Positions 36,764-47,409 of a stretch of DNA of 64,000 nt are shown here, in pieces. Each line of letters starts with the position of its first letter. Positions within the stretch are counted from its first letter, which is position 1. Location: the NCBI GenBank assembly GCA_043778225.1, contig JAYWGM010000032.1, positions 42,364 through 106,363 of the forward strand, written 5' to 3'. A program made the translations under genes and the position numbers. Origin of the DNA: Deinococcales bacterium. GTDB lineage: Bacteria; Deinococcota; Deinococci; Deinococcales; JAAFIG01. The notes beneath the pieces are model-generated. The model had not been told where the DNA came from. It saw nothing but the letters and a program-made list of their open reading frames with translations, and made no database searches.

Positions 36764-39700
36764 ATGGATCAACGTTTTAAGCTCGAATCGGCATTTACCG
36801 CCAAAGGCGACCAGCCCAAAGCCATTGCCCAGATGGTGGATGGAATCGAGAGTGGCTTTCGGTTTCAGACATTATTGGGAGCAACTGGGACCGGAAAAAG
36901 TGTGGCGTGGGATGAACCTGTAACGATTCATTTGGGTGCAGACCAGTATTTTTTTGGTAAAATTGGAGAGCTAATAGACCACGCCCTTGGTGCAGACCAA
37001 AATACCGAGCATCTTGAAATGCCACCACCAGGAATGTGGCGTGTTTTAGCTTGGGACACAACCAATGGTCAGCATTCTTGGCAACCCATCACCGCCATTA
37101 GCCGACATCAAAGCCCCGAAGAACTGCACCAATTGGTCACAAGTTGTGGGCGTTCTGTGACCGTCACATCTGACCATAGTGTTTGGGTTTTACGGAGCGG
37201 CAAACTTCAATTGGTTTCTGGGGATTCAGTTGACAAGGGAGATGCCCTACCAATTCCAGACTTTGTGCCAGAACCACAGTTCCCCCTTCTCGAGCTTAAT
37301 TTACTCGATATTCTGACCGACCAAAACTCGAGTGCTGCCGTGGATGTCAGTGCTGGTTTTAGACATCCGCTTTTTCGAGAAACCCTCGAGCCTTTGGTTA
37401 AAGCCAAAGCCTACGCGATAGAACGTGGCATTCGTGGACGTTGGGTACGCCCAAGTTCAGCCGTGGCGCTGCTCGAGAAGGGTGTTTTGGAACTCGAGCA
37501 AATGCGTTTGCATGGTAAGCGTTATTCAATGCCAATGACCTTATCAATCACAACCGAACTGATGTTTGTTTTTGGGCAGTATGTTGCTGAGGGTCATGGG
37601 GCAGCACGGTTTGCCTTGATTTCAACTCGAGAACTAGAAATCCAGAATGAACTCGAGTGTTGCTTACAGGCTGTTGGGATTCATTTTTTTCGCCGTCAAG
37701 ATGGTGATTTTGTGATTGCCGAGAAAATCTGGTCGGATTTACTGCATCGGTTTATGGGAAACACGGCTGGGGATAAGCGCTTACCGTATTTCTGGGCTGC
37801 TTTGGATAATTCTAAACTAAGTGTTTTATTGCGTGGCTATTTTGAAGGTGACGGTGGCTTAGACAAAGGCGCAGTCACGGCTGTGACACTTTCTAAAGAA
37901 CTCAGCAGCGACCTTTGTATAGCTTTACTTAGGTTTGGTATTTGGGCGCGGCAACGCCAAATCCAGAAGAAAAAACCAAATGGTGAGTATGGTACTTATT
38001 GGAAAATAACAATTTCTGGTGCAGATAATCTAGGCTTATACCAACAACAGATTGGATTTGCCTCTAAGCGCAAACAACTTGCTTTAACCAATGCCCTAAA
38101 AATAGGCAACACCAATGTTGATTTGGTTTTTGGTGTGGGTCAACGACTCAAATTAGAACGCCAAGCAAAACAATTATTTCAATCACAAATTGCCAAAAAA
38201 GCAGGTTGTGTTCGTACCATGATTTCGGCTATTGAATGCGGTATTCGCAATCCCTCGAGACAGCTTTTTAACAAATTATGCGATGCTTTGGGGATTACAG
38301 ATTTGGCATTTAGAGGCTTAGGGAAGCTGAAATGGTCACCAGTAGAATCGGTCGAAGTGGTGACTGCCAAAAAACCATTTGTCTATGATTTTAGTGTCGA
38401 AGGGTTTGAAACGTTTTTATGCGGACGAGGTGGCTTATTTGTCCATAATACTTTTTCGGTGGCGCAAACAATACAAGAACTTCAGCGCCCAGCTTTAATT
38501 ATTGCACCCAATAAAATTTTAACTGCCCAATTGGCTGGCGAGTTCAAAGAATTCTTCCCGCATAATGCGGTCGAGTTCTTTGTTTCGTATTACGATTATT
38601 ATCAACCAGAAGCCTATGTTCCGGGCAAAGATTTATTTATCGAAAAAGATTCTGCCGTCAACCAAGAAATCGAGCGCTTACGCCACAGCACCACCCGCAG
38701 TTTACTGACCCGCCGCGATGTGATTGTGGTTGCCAGTGTTTCCTGTATTTATGGCTTGGGCAACCCAGAAGCCTATAAAAAAATGAATTTGTACCTCGAG
38801 AAAGGTAAACCGATTGCACGAGACGCGATTCTCGAGCGGCTGGTCGAAATTCAGTACGAGCGCAATGATATAGAACTGATGCCCGGGCGTTTTCGTGCCA
38901 AAGGCGATACCCTAGAAATTTGGTGCAGCTACGACGAACACCCAATGCGCCTACAACTCTGGGGTGATGACCTCGAGCAGATTCAAGTCGTAAATTTACT
39001 GACCGGCGAAATTTTGCAGGATTTAGACAGCACTGTCGTTTATCCAGCCAAGCATTATGTGACCGAACAGGGCAATATAGATGCAGGAATTGTGGGCATC
39101 GAAGCCGAACTGGCAAGCCAACTCGAGTATTTTAACAGTGTTGGTAAACTGCTCGAGGCGCAACGGATTAAGGAACGCACGCTTTATGACCTCGAGATGA
39201 TGCGGGTGCTTGGTTACTGTTCGGGCATCGAGAATTACTCGAGACACATTGACGGTCGCGCCCCGGGCGAAAAACCGTATACGCTGCTCGATTATTTCCC
39301 TGATGATTTTATTACTTTTCTGGACGAATCCCATATTTCGCACAGCCAAATCGGTGGGATGTACAAAGGCGATTATGCTCGCAAAAAAACCTTATCCGAT
39401 TATGGGTTTAGGCTGCCAAGTTGTATGGATAACCGCCCATTAAAGCACGAAGAGTTCTACGATAAAGTTGGGCAAGTCGTCTATGTTTCGGCAACCCCCG
39501 GCGAGTACGAGCGCACCATCTCGAGCCAAATTATAGACCAAGTGATTCGACCGACCGGCTTAGTTGACCCACAAATTAACTTGCGCCCGACCCTCGGGCA
39601 AGTCGAGGATTTATTGGGGCGAATCCGTATCCGAGCCGCCAAAGACGAGCGGGTTCTGGTCACAACCCTAACCAAACGAATGAGCGAAGACCTGACCGAG

Positions 39701-40348
39701 TATTTACTGTCGCACAATGTCAAAGCACGGTACTTGCACTCGGAAATAGACACGATGGAGCGCCAAGAAATTATCCGCGATTTACGGCTTGGGCATTTTG
39801 ATGTGCTGGTGGGCATTAACCTTTTGCGTGAAGGGCTAGATTTACCAGAAGTCAGCTTGGTGGCAATTTTGGATGCCGATAAGCCGGGCTTTTTACGTTC
39901 CGAGCGCAGCTTAATTCAAACCATCGGTCGCGCCGCTCGCAATGTTGGCGGCGAAGTGATTTTATACGGCGACAGCATCACCCCAGCCATGCAGTACGCC
40001 ATTTCAGAAACCGACCGCCGCCGAGCCATCCAAACTGCCTATAACCTTGAACATGACATTACCCCAACCACCATCAGCAAAAGCATTCGTAAAGTCATTC
40101 GCGGCGAAGAAAGCCCCGAAACGCCACTCGAGCCAACCGACTTGACTTTGAGTAAAGATGACATTTTAAGCGCCATCACCGACTTAGAACTTGATATGTG
40201 GCAAGCCAGCGAAGCCATGGATTTTGAAGCCGCCGCCCGTCTGCGCGACGAAATTCGGCAACTCGAGGCAAAGTTATCGGGTAAAGAGGTTAAAACCGTC
40301 AATATGCCCGGAGGGAAGCCCCAGAAACGCTCGAGGGGGAAGAGATAG
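36764..40348 (+). CDS. uvrB: Excinuclease ABC subunit B, intein-containing
   Basis: [43 protein letters not shown]-terminal UVR domain; extein is 677 aa. Confidence 0.97.
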   Translation: MDQRFKLESAFTAKGDQPKAIAQMVDGIESGFRFQTLLGATGTGKSVAWDEPVTIHLGADQYFFGKIGELIDHALGADQNTEHLEMPPPGMWRVLAWDTTNGQHSWQPITAISRHQSPEELHQLVTSCGRSVTVTSDHSVWVLRSGKLQLVSGDSVDKGDALPIPDFVPEPQFPLLELNLLDILTDQNSSAAVDVSAGFRHPLFRETLEPLVKAKAYAIERGIRGRWVRPSSAVALLEKGVLELEQMRLHGKRYSMPMTLSITTELMFVFGQYVAEGHGAARFALISTRELEIQNELECCLQAVGIHFFRRQDGDFVIAEKIWSDLLHRFMGNTAGDKRLPYFWAALDNSKLSVLLRGYFEGDGGLDKGAVTAVTLSKELSSDLCIALLRFGIWARQRQIQKKKPNGEYGTYWKITISGADNLGLYQQQIGFASKRKQLALTNALKIGNTNVDLVFGVGQRLKLERQAKQLFQSQIAKKAGCVRTMISAIECGIRNPSRQLFNKLCDALGITDLAFRGLGKLKWSPVESVEVVTAKKPFVYDFSVEGFETFLCGRGGLFVHNTFSVAQTIQELQRPALIIAPNKILTAQLAGEFKEFFPHNAVEFFVSYYDYYQPEAYVPGKDLFIEKDSAVNQEIERLRHSTTRSLLTRRDVIVVASVSCIYGLGNPEAYKKMNLYLEKGKPIARDAILERLVEIQYERNDIELMPGRFRAKGDTLEIWCSYDEHPMRLQLWGDDLEQIQVVNLLTGEILQDLDSTVVYPAKHYVTEQGNIDAGIVGIEAELASQLEYFNSVGKLLEAQRIKERTLYDLEMMRVLGYCSGIENYSRHIDGRAPGEKPYTLLDYFPDDFITFLDESHISHSQIGGMYKGDYARKKTLSDYGFRLPSCMDNRPLKHEEFYDKVGQVVYVSATPGEYERTISSQIIDQVIRPTGLVDPQINLRPTLGQVEDLLGRIRIRAAKDERVLVTTLTKRMSEDLTEYLLSHNVKARYLHSEIDTMERQEIIRDLRLGHFDVLVGINLLREGLDLPEVSLVAILDADKPGFLRSERSLIQTIGRAARNVGGEVILYGDSITPAMQYAISETDRRRAIQTAYNLEHDITPTTISKSIRKVIRGEESPETPLEPTDLTLSKDDILSAITDLELDMWQASEAMDFEAAARLRDEIRQLEAKLSGKEVKTVNMPGGKPQKRSRGKR
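36899..38449 (+). mobile_element. Intein (517 aa) with LAGLIDADG homing endonuclease and XRE-HTH
   Basis: Starts SVAWDEPV after GK; block B TSDH; GQYVAEG and LRGYFEGDG; ends VYDFSV...FVHN before Thr+1. Confidence 0.93.
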
Positions 40349-40393
40349 GGTAAAAAGGTAAAAGGGGAGGATGTTTTCCTTCCTTTTTTCTCT

Positions 40394-40819
40394 TCATTCC
40401 TCCCAATCACGCACCTGACTTGCTTTTTTCGCCTCGAGTTTGGCGCGTTTGGCAGTTTGCAATTGTGTCACCAAATCGAGGGTTCGGGCTTTGGCGTTCT
40501 CCAAGCTCTCGATTGCCTCAAGCCGTGGTTCTTCCTCGAGCAGTGCTTTGTAGGTTGCCCAGTTGCTGTCGGTTTCCTCGGGTGGCTTGGGCTTGGCGCT
40601 TGGGCGCAACCAGCCAAAATCGGGTTCGGAAGTATCGAGTTCTCGTTCCTCGAGTTCGGACAAAGCCGCTTGGCGCAATTCTGGGTGCTTCTCGAGAAAA
40701 CTGTGCAAGGCTTTGGGTTTGACTTCCAAGGCAATTAAAACACCATCCTCGAGACCGTTTGCATCCAGCACCGCCTCGAGAAAAGCATCTGGGGTCAGGC
40801 TCGAGCTTTTACGTTTCAT
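40394..40819 (-). CDS. Hypothetical protein
   Basis: Leaderless TATAAT-N7-ATG; charged helical protein. Confidence 0.6.
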   Translation of the reverse strand: MKRKSSSLTPDAFLEAVLDANGLEDGVLIALEVKPKALHSFLEKHPELRQAALSELEERELDTSEPDFGWLRPSAKPKPPEETDSNWATYKALLEEEPRLEAIESLENAKARTLDLVTQLQTAKRAKLEAKKASQVRDWEE

Positions 40820-40837
40820 GACCAGCATTATAGGAAA

Positions 40838-40869
40838 AACCCTTTCGGCAAATTGTGCCGAAAAGGGTT
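40838..40869 (-). terminator. Terminator after the DEAD-box gene
   Basis: AACCCTTTCGGCA-AATTG-TGCCGAAAAGGGTT. Confidence 0.7.
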
Positions 40870-40884
40870 CTTGAAGACTAAAAT

Positions 40885-42762
40885 TTAACGGCGTTCAAAG
40901 CGCTTGCCGCGAGCAAATCCGCCTTCACGTGGGGCTGGCGAGAACTCGCGGCGGCTGGTGTTGCCAGTTGGGCGGTCATCTCGAGCGCCGCTCTGGACAG
41001 CTTGAGCGCGGGTTTGGGCGTTGCCTTGTGGGGCAGCCGCTACGGGATTGCCACGGTCATCACGGTACTTGTAACCACCACTGCGCGGGCTGCTGCTTGT
41101 ATTTGCATACCCACCACTTTGTGGACGGCTGTTGCCACGGTCTTGGCTGTAGCTGTTGTTGCGGTTGTTAAAGCTGTTGCCACGTCCGCCACGGTCATCA
41201 TAACGGCGTTCGCTGCTTGGGCGCTGTTGTGGTTCGCTTCGCAATTCGGTCGCCACTTCGATGGTGACATCCTCGAGTGGAGAAAGCGCCAGTAATTTGG
41301 TTGCCAAGTCGTTTGGCACATCTACATAAATACCATCGCCAAACATCTGCATTTTGCCCAAAATTTTACTCGAGATATTTGCGCCTTTGGCAATCATGGC
41401 GACCGCTCGAGGGATACTCAGGCGTTGACCGCGAAGTTCTAAGGTAGTTAAGCCTTCTTCTTCGGTCAGCAAGCTGACTTTTTTCGGAGCGTGGGTCACA
41501 CCAGCAATCACCGCTAAGGCGCGAGCCAAGGCTTCTGAACCCATCTCCTCAAGCAAACGGTCGGCTTCGTATTGAAACGGCGAAAGCACTTCGCTTGGAA
41601 TGCGGTTCAGTTCGTTGGCTGCATGACGGGCAGCCGCCGTGCGGACTTCGTTGGCACTTGGGGCTTCGAGCGGGATAAACTTGTTGCCAATCACGCGCTC
41701 TAAGTTTCGTAGGTCGCGTTCTTCGCGTTGGGTGAACAAGACAATCGCTTTACCACTGCGACCAGCCCGACCAGTCCGACCCGAACGATGCACATAGCTT
41801 TCGGTGTCGTGTGGAAAATGGTGCTGCACCACCAGTTCGATGTCTGGAATGTCGATACCACGGGCTGCCACATCGGTTGCCACCAGCACTCGGCTACGAC
41901 CAGCGCGGAAACCATCCAAAACCCGTTCGCGTTGGCTCTGGGCAAGATCGCCGTGAATCGCTTCGGCTTCAAAACCACGGTGGATTAACTCTAAAGCCAG
42001 TTCGTCGCAATCGCGCTTGGTTTTGGTAAAAATAATGGCGCGTTCGGGGGCTAAAACGGTCAGCATATCCGCCAAGACTCGGGTGCGGTGGGCGGGTTGG
42101 ATTTTAATGCTGTGGTGCTGAACGTTGCTTTGCACCGAAGTGGCATTTTCGACCAAATCTATTTTGGCAGCGTTCTTTTGGTGCTTGGCAGCCAAGCGCT
42201 CAACCCAACGCGGCATCGTGGCACTAAAAAGCATGGTTTGGCGGTCGGTTGGTGCGGTCTCGAGAATTTTTTCGACTTGCTCTTGGAAGCCCATGCTTAG
42301 CATCTCGTCAGCTTCGTCCAGCACAACAAACTCGAGTTCGGAAAGGTTTAAGTTATTGCGATCCAAATGGTCTTGAATCCGACCGGGTGTACCGACAATC
42401 ACATCCACACCAAAACGAATGGCGCGTTCTTGGGAGGCATAACTTGTTCCACCGTAAAATTCTTGAACCTCGAGAACGCCCAATTGCTCGAATTCTTTGG
42501 CGGTTTGTTTGGCAAGTTCGCGGGTTGGGGCAAGCACCAAAGCCCGTGGTAAACGACCCTTGACGCGGCTTGGCGCAAGTTTGGTGACAATTGGCAGGGC
42601 AAAGGCTAAGGTTTTACCCGTTCCAGTCCGAGCGCGACCTAAAATGTCGCGACCTTCGAGTGAAAACGGCAACGACTCAGCTTGAATCGGGGTAGGGATG
42701 GTGATTCCTCGGGCGGCAAGGCTCGAGACGACATCAGCAGACAACGGATAATCCGTAAACAT
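40885..42762 (-). CDS. DEAD-box RNA helicase (Hera/CshA/DeaD-like, RG-rich tail)
   Basis: ARTGTGKT, PTRELA, DEAD, SAT, HRSGRTGRAG; AAGGAA RBS before ATG 42762. Confidence 0.95.
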   Translation of the reverse strand: MFTDYPLSADVVSSLAARGITIPTPIQAESLPFSLEGRDILGRARTGTGKTLAFALPIVTKLAPSRVKGRLPRALVLAPTRELAKQTAKEFEQLGVLEVQEFYGGTSYASQERAIRFGVDVIVGTPGRIQDHLDRNNLNLSELEFVVLDEADEMLSMGFQEQVEKILETAPTDRQTMLFSATMPRWVERLAAKHQKNAAKIDLVENATSVQSNVQHHSIKIQPAHRTRVLADMLTVLAPERAIIFTKTKRDCDELALELIHRGFEAEAIHGDLAQSQRERVLDGFRAGRSRVLVATDVAARGIDIPDIELVVQHHFPHDTESYVHRSGRTGRAGRSGKAIVLFTQREERDLRNLERVIGNKFIPLEAPSANEVRTAAARHAANELNRIPSEVLSPFQYEADRLLEEMGSEALARALAVIAGVTHAPKKVSLLTEEEGLTTLELRGQRLSIPRAVAMIAKGANISSKILGKMQMFGDGIYVDVPNDLATKLLALSPLEDVTIEVATELRSEPQQRPSSERRYDDRGGRGNSFNNRNNSYSQDRGNSRPQSGGYANTSSSPRSGGYKYRDDRGNPVAAAPQGNAQTRAQAVQSGARDDRPTGNTSRREFSPAPREGGFARGKRFERR

Positions 42763-42912
42763 GGGGTATTCCTTTCGGGGTCGCAACTAGAGACGTTTCT
42801 CGAGAGGATTTCTCTCTAAACAACTCGCTCATTCGCGCTTAACCCAGAACCATCCCGTGCCTACGCGACCCTACGCACTTTCGTGCGTATCACGCCATCC
42901 TCTTGATGGCAA
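42763..42912 (-). ncRNA. Putative structured 5' leader of the helicase mRNA
   Basis: Hairpins GCCATC-AAGAG-GATGGC and TACGCAC-GAAA-GTGCGTA; long-range GGGTCGCG/TGCGACCC helix next to the RBS. Confidence 0.5.
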
Positions 42913-43022
42913 CCGTAAAAGTGTATACAAAATGAAATGAGAATTATGAATCTAACAATCGAGCAAGGAGGTCGAGGATAAATGCACCAAGTTGGCAGTC
43001 GCCTAAAGGCGGTAAAAAAGCA

Positions 43023-44570
43023 TCAAAAATAAAACGACACTAAGACATTTGGAGATAAAATCCAGTTGGGGTCAAGACTCTTCTTAACATTCTGCATTTG
43101 CCTAATTCCAGCTTCACCGTATAACTGCAACAGCAAAGCCTGTTTTGTTTGATTTCTACCTACCCCATGCTCTGCCATTGGGCAGCCACCCAGTTGAATA
43201 ATAATTTCTCCTAGTTTGAGGACAGCTTGTTTGGCAATTTCGACATCCTCAAAATGGCGTGGCAGCATATTGGGATGCATATTTCCGTCTGATGCGTGTC
43301 CCCAAATTGCATAATCTATGCCCGTAGCATCAAAGACTTGTCGGTAAGCCTGCATGGCTTTGCCAAGCTGGGCAAATGGCACAACCATATCCGCGCCAAC
43401 TTTGGTTATTCTCGGGTCAACTTCGCGCTTGGCTCGAGCAAAACGTGCATTGATGCCTTCTGGAACAGCTTCGCGTAAGGCAATCATGGCTTTGGCAGCT
43501 TTGTGATCTTCGGGTGCGGCGTACAGGCACGTGTTTTCCAATTGGTGTTGCTCGAGCAAACTAAAAAAATCAGCTAAATCGGTTTCTTGGCTCGACTTGG
43601 GCAATTCAATTTGTACCAAAAGCAATGCTTGACAGGTACTTGGCTCGAGATAAAAGCCAAGGCGTTGATCACTGCCATCTTGGTGTAGCAGTTCAACACA
43701 ACGCCCATCCATGTACTCGATGGCACTGACATCAAGTCCACGTCTTCCAGCGCGTCGCTCAAAAGCCAGTAAGCGAAGGGCAGCCGTGAATTTAAGCGCA
43801 GCAAGTTCATTAGGGCAGGGAATAAGCGCCATGGCAACTCGAGGACGTGGCGAAATGACTCGAAATTTAGCCGCCACGATGATACCCAATGTCCCTTCTG
43901 CCCCTATAAAAAGGTCAATTAAATCCATCTGAGGTGCAGAAAAGTAGCCTGCCGAAGATTTTTCAACGGCTGGCATGGTGTAACTCGGTACTGGAACGCG
44001 CCAGGTTCGCTCGAGATTACTAAATTCAAAGTACCCGTCAATATGGGCTTGGTACTGTCCACGCTGGATGTCTAAAACATCACCACTGGCTAAAACGACT
44101 GTCAGCCCAATGGTTTGATTGCGGATGCTGCCGTACTTAAAGGTGGTTGCCCCAGCCGCATTGGTCGAAAGCGCTCCACCCACTTGTGCGCCGTCGTAAG
44201 TCGGGATTCCAGCTAACCAATACCCGTGGGTATCAAGAAAGTCTTGTAACACGCGCAAGCTGACCCCCGCCCCAACACAAACCGTATCGTTTTCGAGGGT
44301 CATTTCAGAAAAATGCTGCATACTCAGGATGACTTCGCCAAACGGCGTTGCTCCGCCCGTCACCGACGATTGTGCGCCAATCGGTAAAACACTGGAATGC
44401 GTCAAGAGAACTTGAGCCACCCCAGATTCGGAGTGGGGTCGTACCACCCCAAGGGCAAATCCATTGGGCAGATAACTTGCGTCGCTTAAATATGCACTGG
44501 TATCGGAAAGAACCGTCGGGTTTTCGAGATTGCCAAATGGCAGACGCAAAAGAACATGGTGGGTTGCCAT
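43023..44570 (-). CDS. FAD-linked oxidase (D-lactate dehydrogenase/GlcD-like)
   Basis: GGALSTNAAG, IGAEGTLGII, GHASDGNMH, AEHGVG, DPNWILSP. Confidence 0.88.
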   Translation of the reverse strand: MATHHVLLRLPFGNLENPTVLSDTSAYLSDASYLPNGFALGVVRPHSESGVAQVLLTHSSVLPIGAQSSVTGGATPFGEVILSMQHFSEMTLENDTVCVGAGVSLRVLQDFLDTHGYWLAGIPTYDGAQVGGALSTNAAGATTFKYGSIRNQTIGLTVVLASGDVLDIQRGQYQAHIDGYFEFSNLERTWRVPVPSYTMPAVEKSSAGYFSAPQMDLIDLFIGAEGTLGIIVAAKFRVISPRPRVAMALIPCPNELAALKFTAALRLLAFERRAGRRGLDVSAIEYMDGRCVELLHQDGSDQRLGFYLEPSTCQALLLVQIELPKSSQETDLADFFSLLEQHQLENTCLYAAPEDHKAAKAMIALREAVPEGINARFARAKREVDPRITKVGADMVVPFAQLGKAMQAYRQVFDATGIDYAIWGHASDGNMHPNMLPRHFEDVEIAKQAVLKLGEIIIQLGGCPMAEHGVGRNQTKQALLLQLYGEAGIRQMQNVKKSLDPNWILSPNVLVSFYF

Positions 44571-44571
44571 T

Positions 44572-45528
44572 TTAATAGCCTAAATCAGCGTGTTTCATCG
44601 TGTTCTCGAGCGGCTGCCCAGCTAAATAACGCTCTAGGTTGGCACTAAATTCGGCAACCACCCGATGGCGAATCATTGGGCTGCGGTACGAACAATGCGG
44701 GCTAATCAACAGGTTGGGGGCATCCCATAATGGACTTTCTGGCGGCAGTGGTTCGGTTTCAAAAGCATCCAAACAAGCTCCAGCAATTGTGCCTTGATGC
44801 AGTGCCTCGAGTAAATCGCTGTCTATAATTAAGCCACCTCGAGCCAAATTTACCAAATAAGCTGTTGGTTTCATGGCTTTTAACCTCCCACGATTGATCA
44901 TGCCTCTGGTTTCAGGGGTCAGTGGGCAAGCCAGCACCACATAATCGGCTTGGGCTAAAACATGGTCAAGCTCTTTGGGGGGATAAATTGCCTCAAATTG
45001 CGCTGTGGCTCGAGGGTTGCGCTGAACCCCAATTAGGCGCATTCCAAAACCGATGGCGATACTCGCTAGTCGCTCGCCGATTGCCCCAGCCCCAATCACC
45101 GCTAAGGTGCTGTTGTAAAGTTCGCTGTGCATGGGCGGCGACCACTGGTGCTGAACTTGGGCTTGTTGCAACAAGGCTAAATTCTTGGCATGACCTAGGA
45201 TTGTGGCAAAAGCAAATTCTGCCATCGGAATGTTCATCACGCCTGCTGAGCGACTGACTTTAATTTGTCGCTCCAAAATTTCGGGAACCATGACCCAATC
45301 AAAACCAGCTGTGCCAGTGTGAACCCAGTCGAGTTGAGTAGCGGCTTTAATTAGCTGACTGAGTTGCGATTTTTCCATGCCGCCGTACAGCAGTGCTTTG
45401 GCTCGAGAAACGGCATTTGGCAAATCAGCACCACGTTCTAAACGAATAAATTCAATGTCTGGATAGCGTGCAAAGGTGTCTTGGGTATAGATCGGTTCAT
45501 ACAAATGACTAACAAGAATTGTGGTCAT
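44572..45528 (-). CDS. D-2-hydroxyacid dehydrogenase
   Basis: GAGAIG, VNLARG, LDAFETEP, SPH. Confidence 0.92.
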   Translation of the reverse strand: MTTILVSHLYEPIYTQDTFARYPDIEFIRLERGADLPNAVSRAKALLYGGMEKSQLSQLIKAATQLDWVHTGTAGFDWVMVPEILERQIKVSRSAGVMNIPMAEFAFATILGHAKNLALLQQAQVQHQWSPPMHSELYNSTLAVIGAGAIGERLASIAIGFGMRLIGVQRNPRATAQFEAIYPPKELDHVLAQADYVVLACPLTPETRGMINRGRLKAMKPTAYLVNLARGGLIIDSDLLEALHQGTIAGACLDAFETEPLPPESPLWDAPNLLISPHCSYRSPMIRHRVVAEFSANLERYLAGQPLENTMKHADLGY

Positions 45529-46463
45529 GGACTCTTCTCTCTTCGGTCTGGTTTCGAGTTTTTGCTATCGCCACTCGAGCGTAGACGTGGGTCAAGGGCA
45601 TCGCGCAGCACATCGCCAAGTGCATTAAACGACATCACTGCACAAAGAATCATCAGCCCAGGGTAAATTGCTAATAACGGAGCGCTAAAGACATAATTTT
45701 GACTGGCGGTGAGCATATTGCCCCAAGAAGGGTCGGGTGGGCGGATACCAAGCCCAAGAAAACTAAGGCTGGCTTCATAGAGCATCACATTGCCAATACC
45801 AATGGTGGTCGCCACAATCAAGGATGGCATGACTTGTGGCAAAAGGTGGCGAAACATGACTCGAGTATCGTTTGCCCCAAGCCCAATCGCAGCTGTAATA
45901 AAGTCCAGACTCTTGAGGCGCATCACCTCGCCACGAATTAACCGAGCAGGTCCCATCCAACGGGTCAAGCCAAGGGCTAAGACCAAAATAATCGGGCTTG
46001 CACCCCAGATGGCAACCACCACTAACAGTAAAAAAAAGACAGGCACACTCAGCATTCCATCGGTAAAGCGCATAATCAGGCGGTCGGTCAAGCCACCAAA
46101 AAAGCCAGAGATTAAACCTAAACTCGAGCCAAGCAGCACCGTCAATAGCGCCGCACTTAAACCCACCATCAAAGAAACCCGCCCACCAGCAATCAAGCGT
46201 GCCAAGACATCACGTCCATTTTCGTCTGTGCCAAGTAGATTGATGCCATTTGGCGCGGCAAGTGGCTTACTCAAATCAATTCGTGTGGCTGAAGGTATTG
46301 GTAAAATTGGCTCGAGTACAATCAATGCCAAAACACACAATAAAAATCCTGCTCCAAATAGGGCTAAGCGATTAGCGCATAAGCGTGTCCAAATGATGCT
46401 GCCAAGCGAACGCCCAGAAGCTCGAGTGACTGCCACGACCGTTGTTTGCTTGGTCTGTTCCAT
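45525..46463 (-). CDS. Peptide ABC transporter permease (DppC/OppC)
   Basis: LGTDENGRD, RHLLP, EASLSFLGLG. Confidence 0.93.
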   Translation of the reverse strand: MEQTKQTTVVAVTRASGRSLGSIIWTRLCANRLALFGAGFLLCVLALIVLEPILPIPSATRIDLSKPLAAPNGINLLGTDENGRDVLARLIAGGRVSLMVGLSAALLTVLLGSSLGLISGFFGGLTDRLIMRFTDGMLSVPVFFLLLVVVAIWGASPIILVLALGLTRWMGPARLIRGEVMRLKSLDFITAAIGLGANDTRVMFRHLLPQVMPSLIVATTIGIGNVMLYEASLSFLGLGIRPPDPSWGNMLTASQNYVFSAPLLAIYPGLMILCAVMSFNALGDVLRDALDPRLRSSGDSKNSKPDRREKSP

Positions 46464-47407
46464 CAGTAGCGTATCCTAGGGTCAATCAAAACATACAGCG
46501 CGTCAATCACGAGATTACTAAAAATCACAGTGACCGAAATAAACATCGTGATTCCCAGAATTAGGGGTGCATCACGACCAATGGCAGCCTCAACTGCCAT
46601 GCTGCCAATTCCGGGCCAAGCAAACAGCGATTCGATTACGGCTGCACCTCCTACCAAACGCGGTAGAAATAGACCAAAAACCGTCAGCACTGGCACAAGG
46701 GCATTGCGAAAAACGTGTTTACCATGAACCACACTTTCTTTTAAGCCCTTGCCACGGGCGGTACGAACATAATCTTGGTTCATGCTCTCGAGCCAACTCG
46801 AGCGGGTATAGCGCATTAGTTCAGCCGTGGTTGAAGCTGATAACACAAGGGCTGGCAAAACCAGATACGATAAGCGGTCAAGCAGCGAAAAATCCGTGCC
46901 AACCGTCTGCATACCAGCCCCTGGTAAAATCCGCAACTGCACGGCAAAAATAATAATCAAAACAATCCCAAGCCAAAACCCCGGGGTGGCTAAGCCAACA
47001 AAACTGACAAAACTTAAAGTTTGGTCAAGCCAACTGTTGGGCTGACGGGCGGCAATCACACCGCCCGTAAAACCAATCAAAAGGGTCAGTAATAAGGCTG
47101 CCCCACCAAGCAGTAAGGTAGCCGGTAAACGCTCGAGAATCATTTCGAGAACCGGACGACGAAAATTAAATGAACTGCCTAAATCAGCCCGTAATAGCCG
47201 TCCCATCCATTGGGTGTATTGCACAAAAACAGGTTGGTCAAGACCATAGCCGCGTTCAACGGTGGCACGTACCTCCGGGTCAAGGTTGGGGTCTGCCAGA
47301 ATACTCAGGCTTCCGGGGGCTGACTGAATTAAAAAGAAAGTCGCAGTCAGCACCACAAAAACCACCGCTAAACTGGCAAGTCCTTGACGCAGCAGGTAAT
47401 TAAACAT
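46463..47407 (-). CDS. Peptide ABC transporter permease (DppB/OppB)
   Basis: DLGSSF, QDYVRTARGKGL, FAWPGIG, DPRIRY. Confidence 0.93.
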   Translation of the reverse strand: MFNYLLRQGLASLAVVFVVLTATFFLIQSAPGSLSILADPNLDPEVRATVERGYGLDQPVFVQYTQWMGRLLRADLGSSFNFRRPVLEMILERLPATLLLGGAALLLTLLIGFTGGVIAARQPNSWLDQTLSFVSFVGLATPGFWLGIVLIIIFAVQLRILPGAGMQTVGTDFSLLDRLSYLVLPALVLSASTTAELMRYTRSSWLESMNQDYVRTARGKGLKESVVHGKHVFRNALVPVLTVFGLFLPRLVGGAAVIESLFAWPGIGSMAVEAAIGRDAPLILGITMFISVTVIFSNLVIDALYVLIDPRIRY

Positions 47408-47409
47408 TG

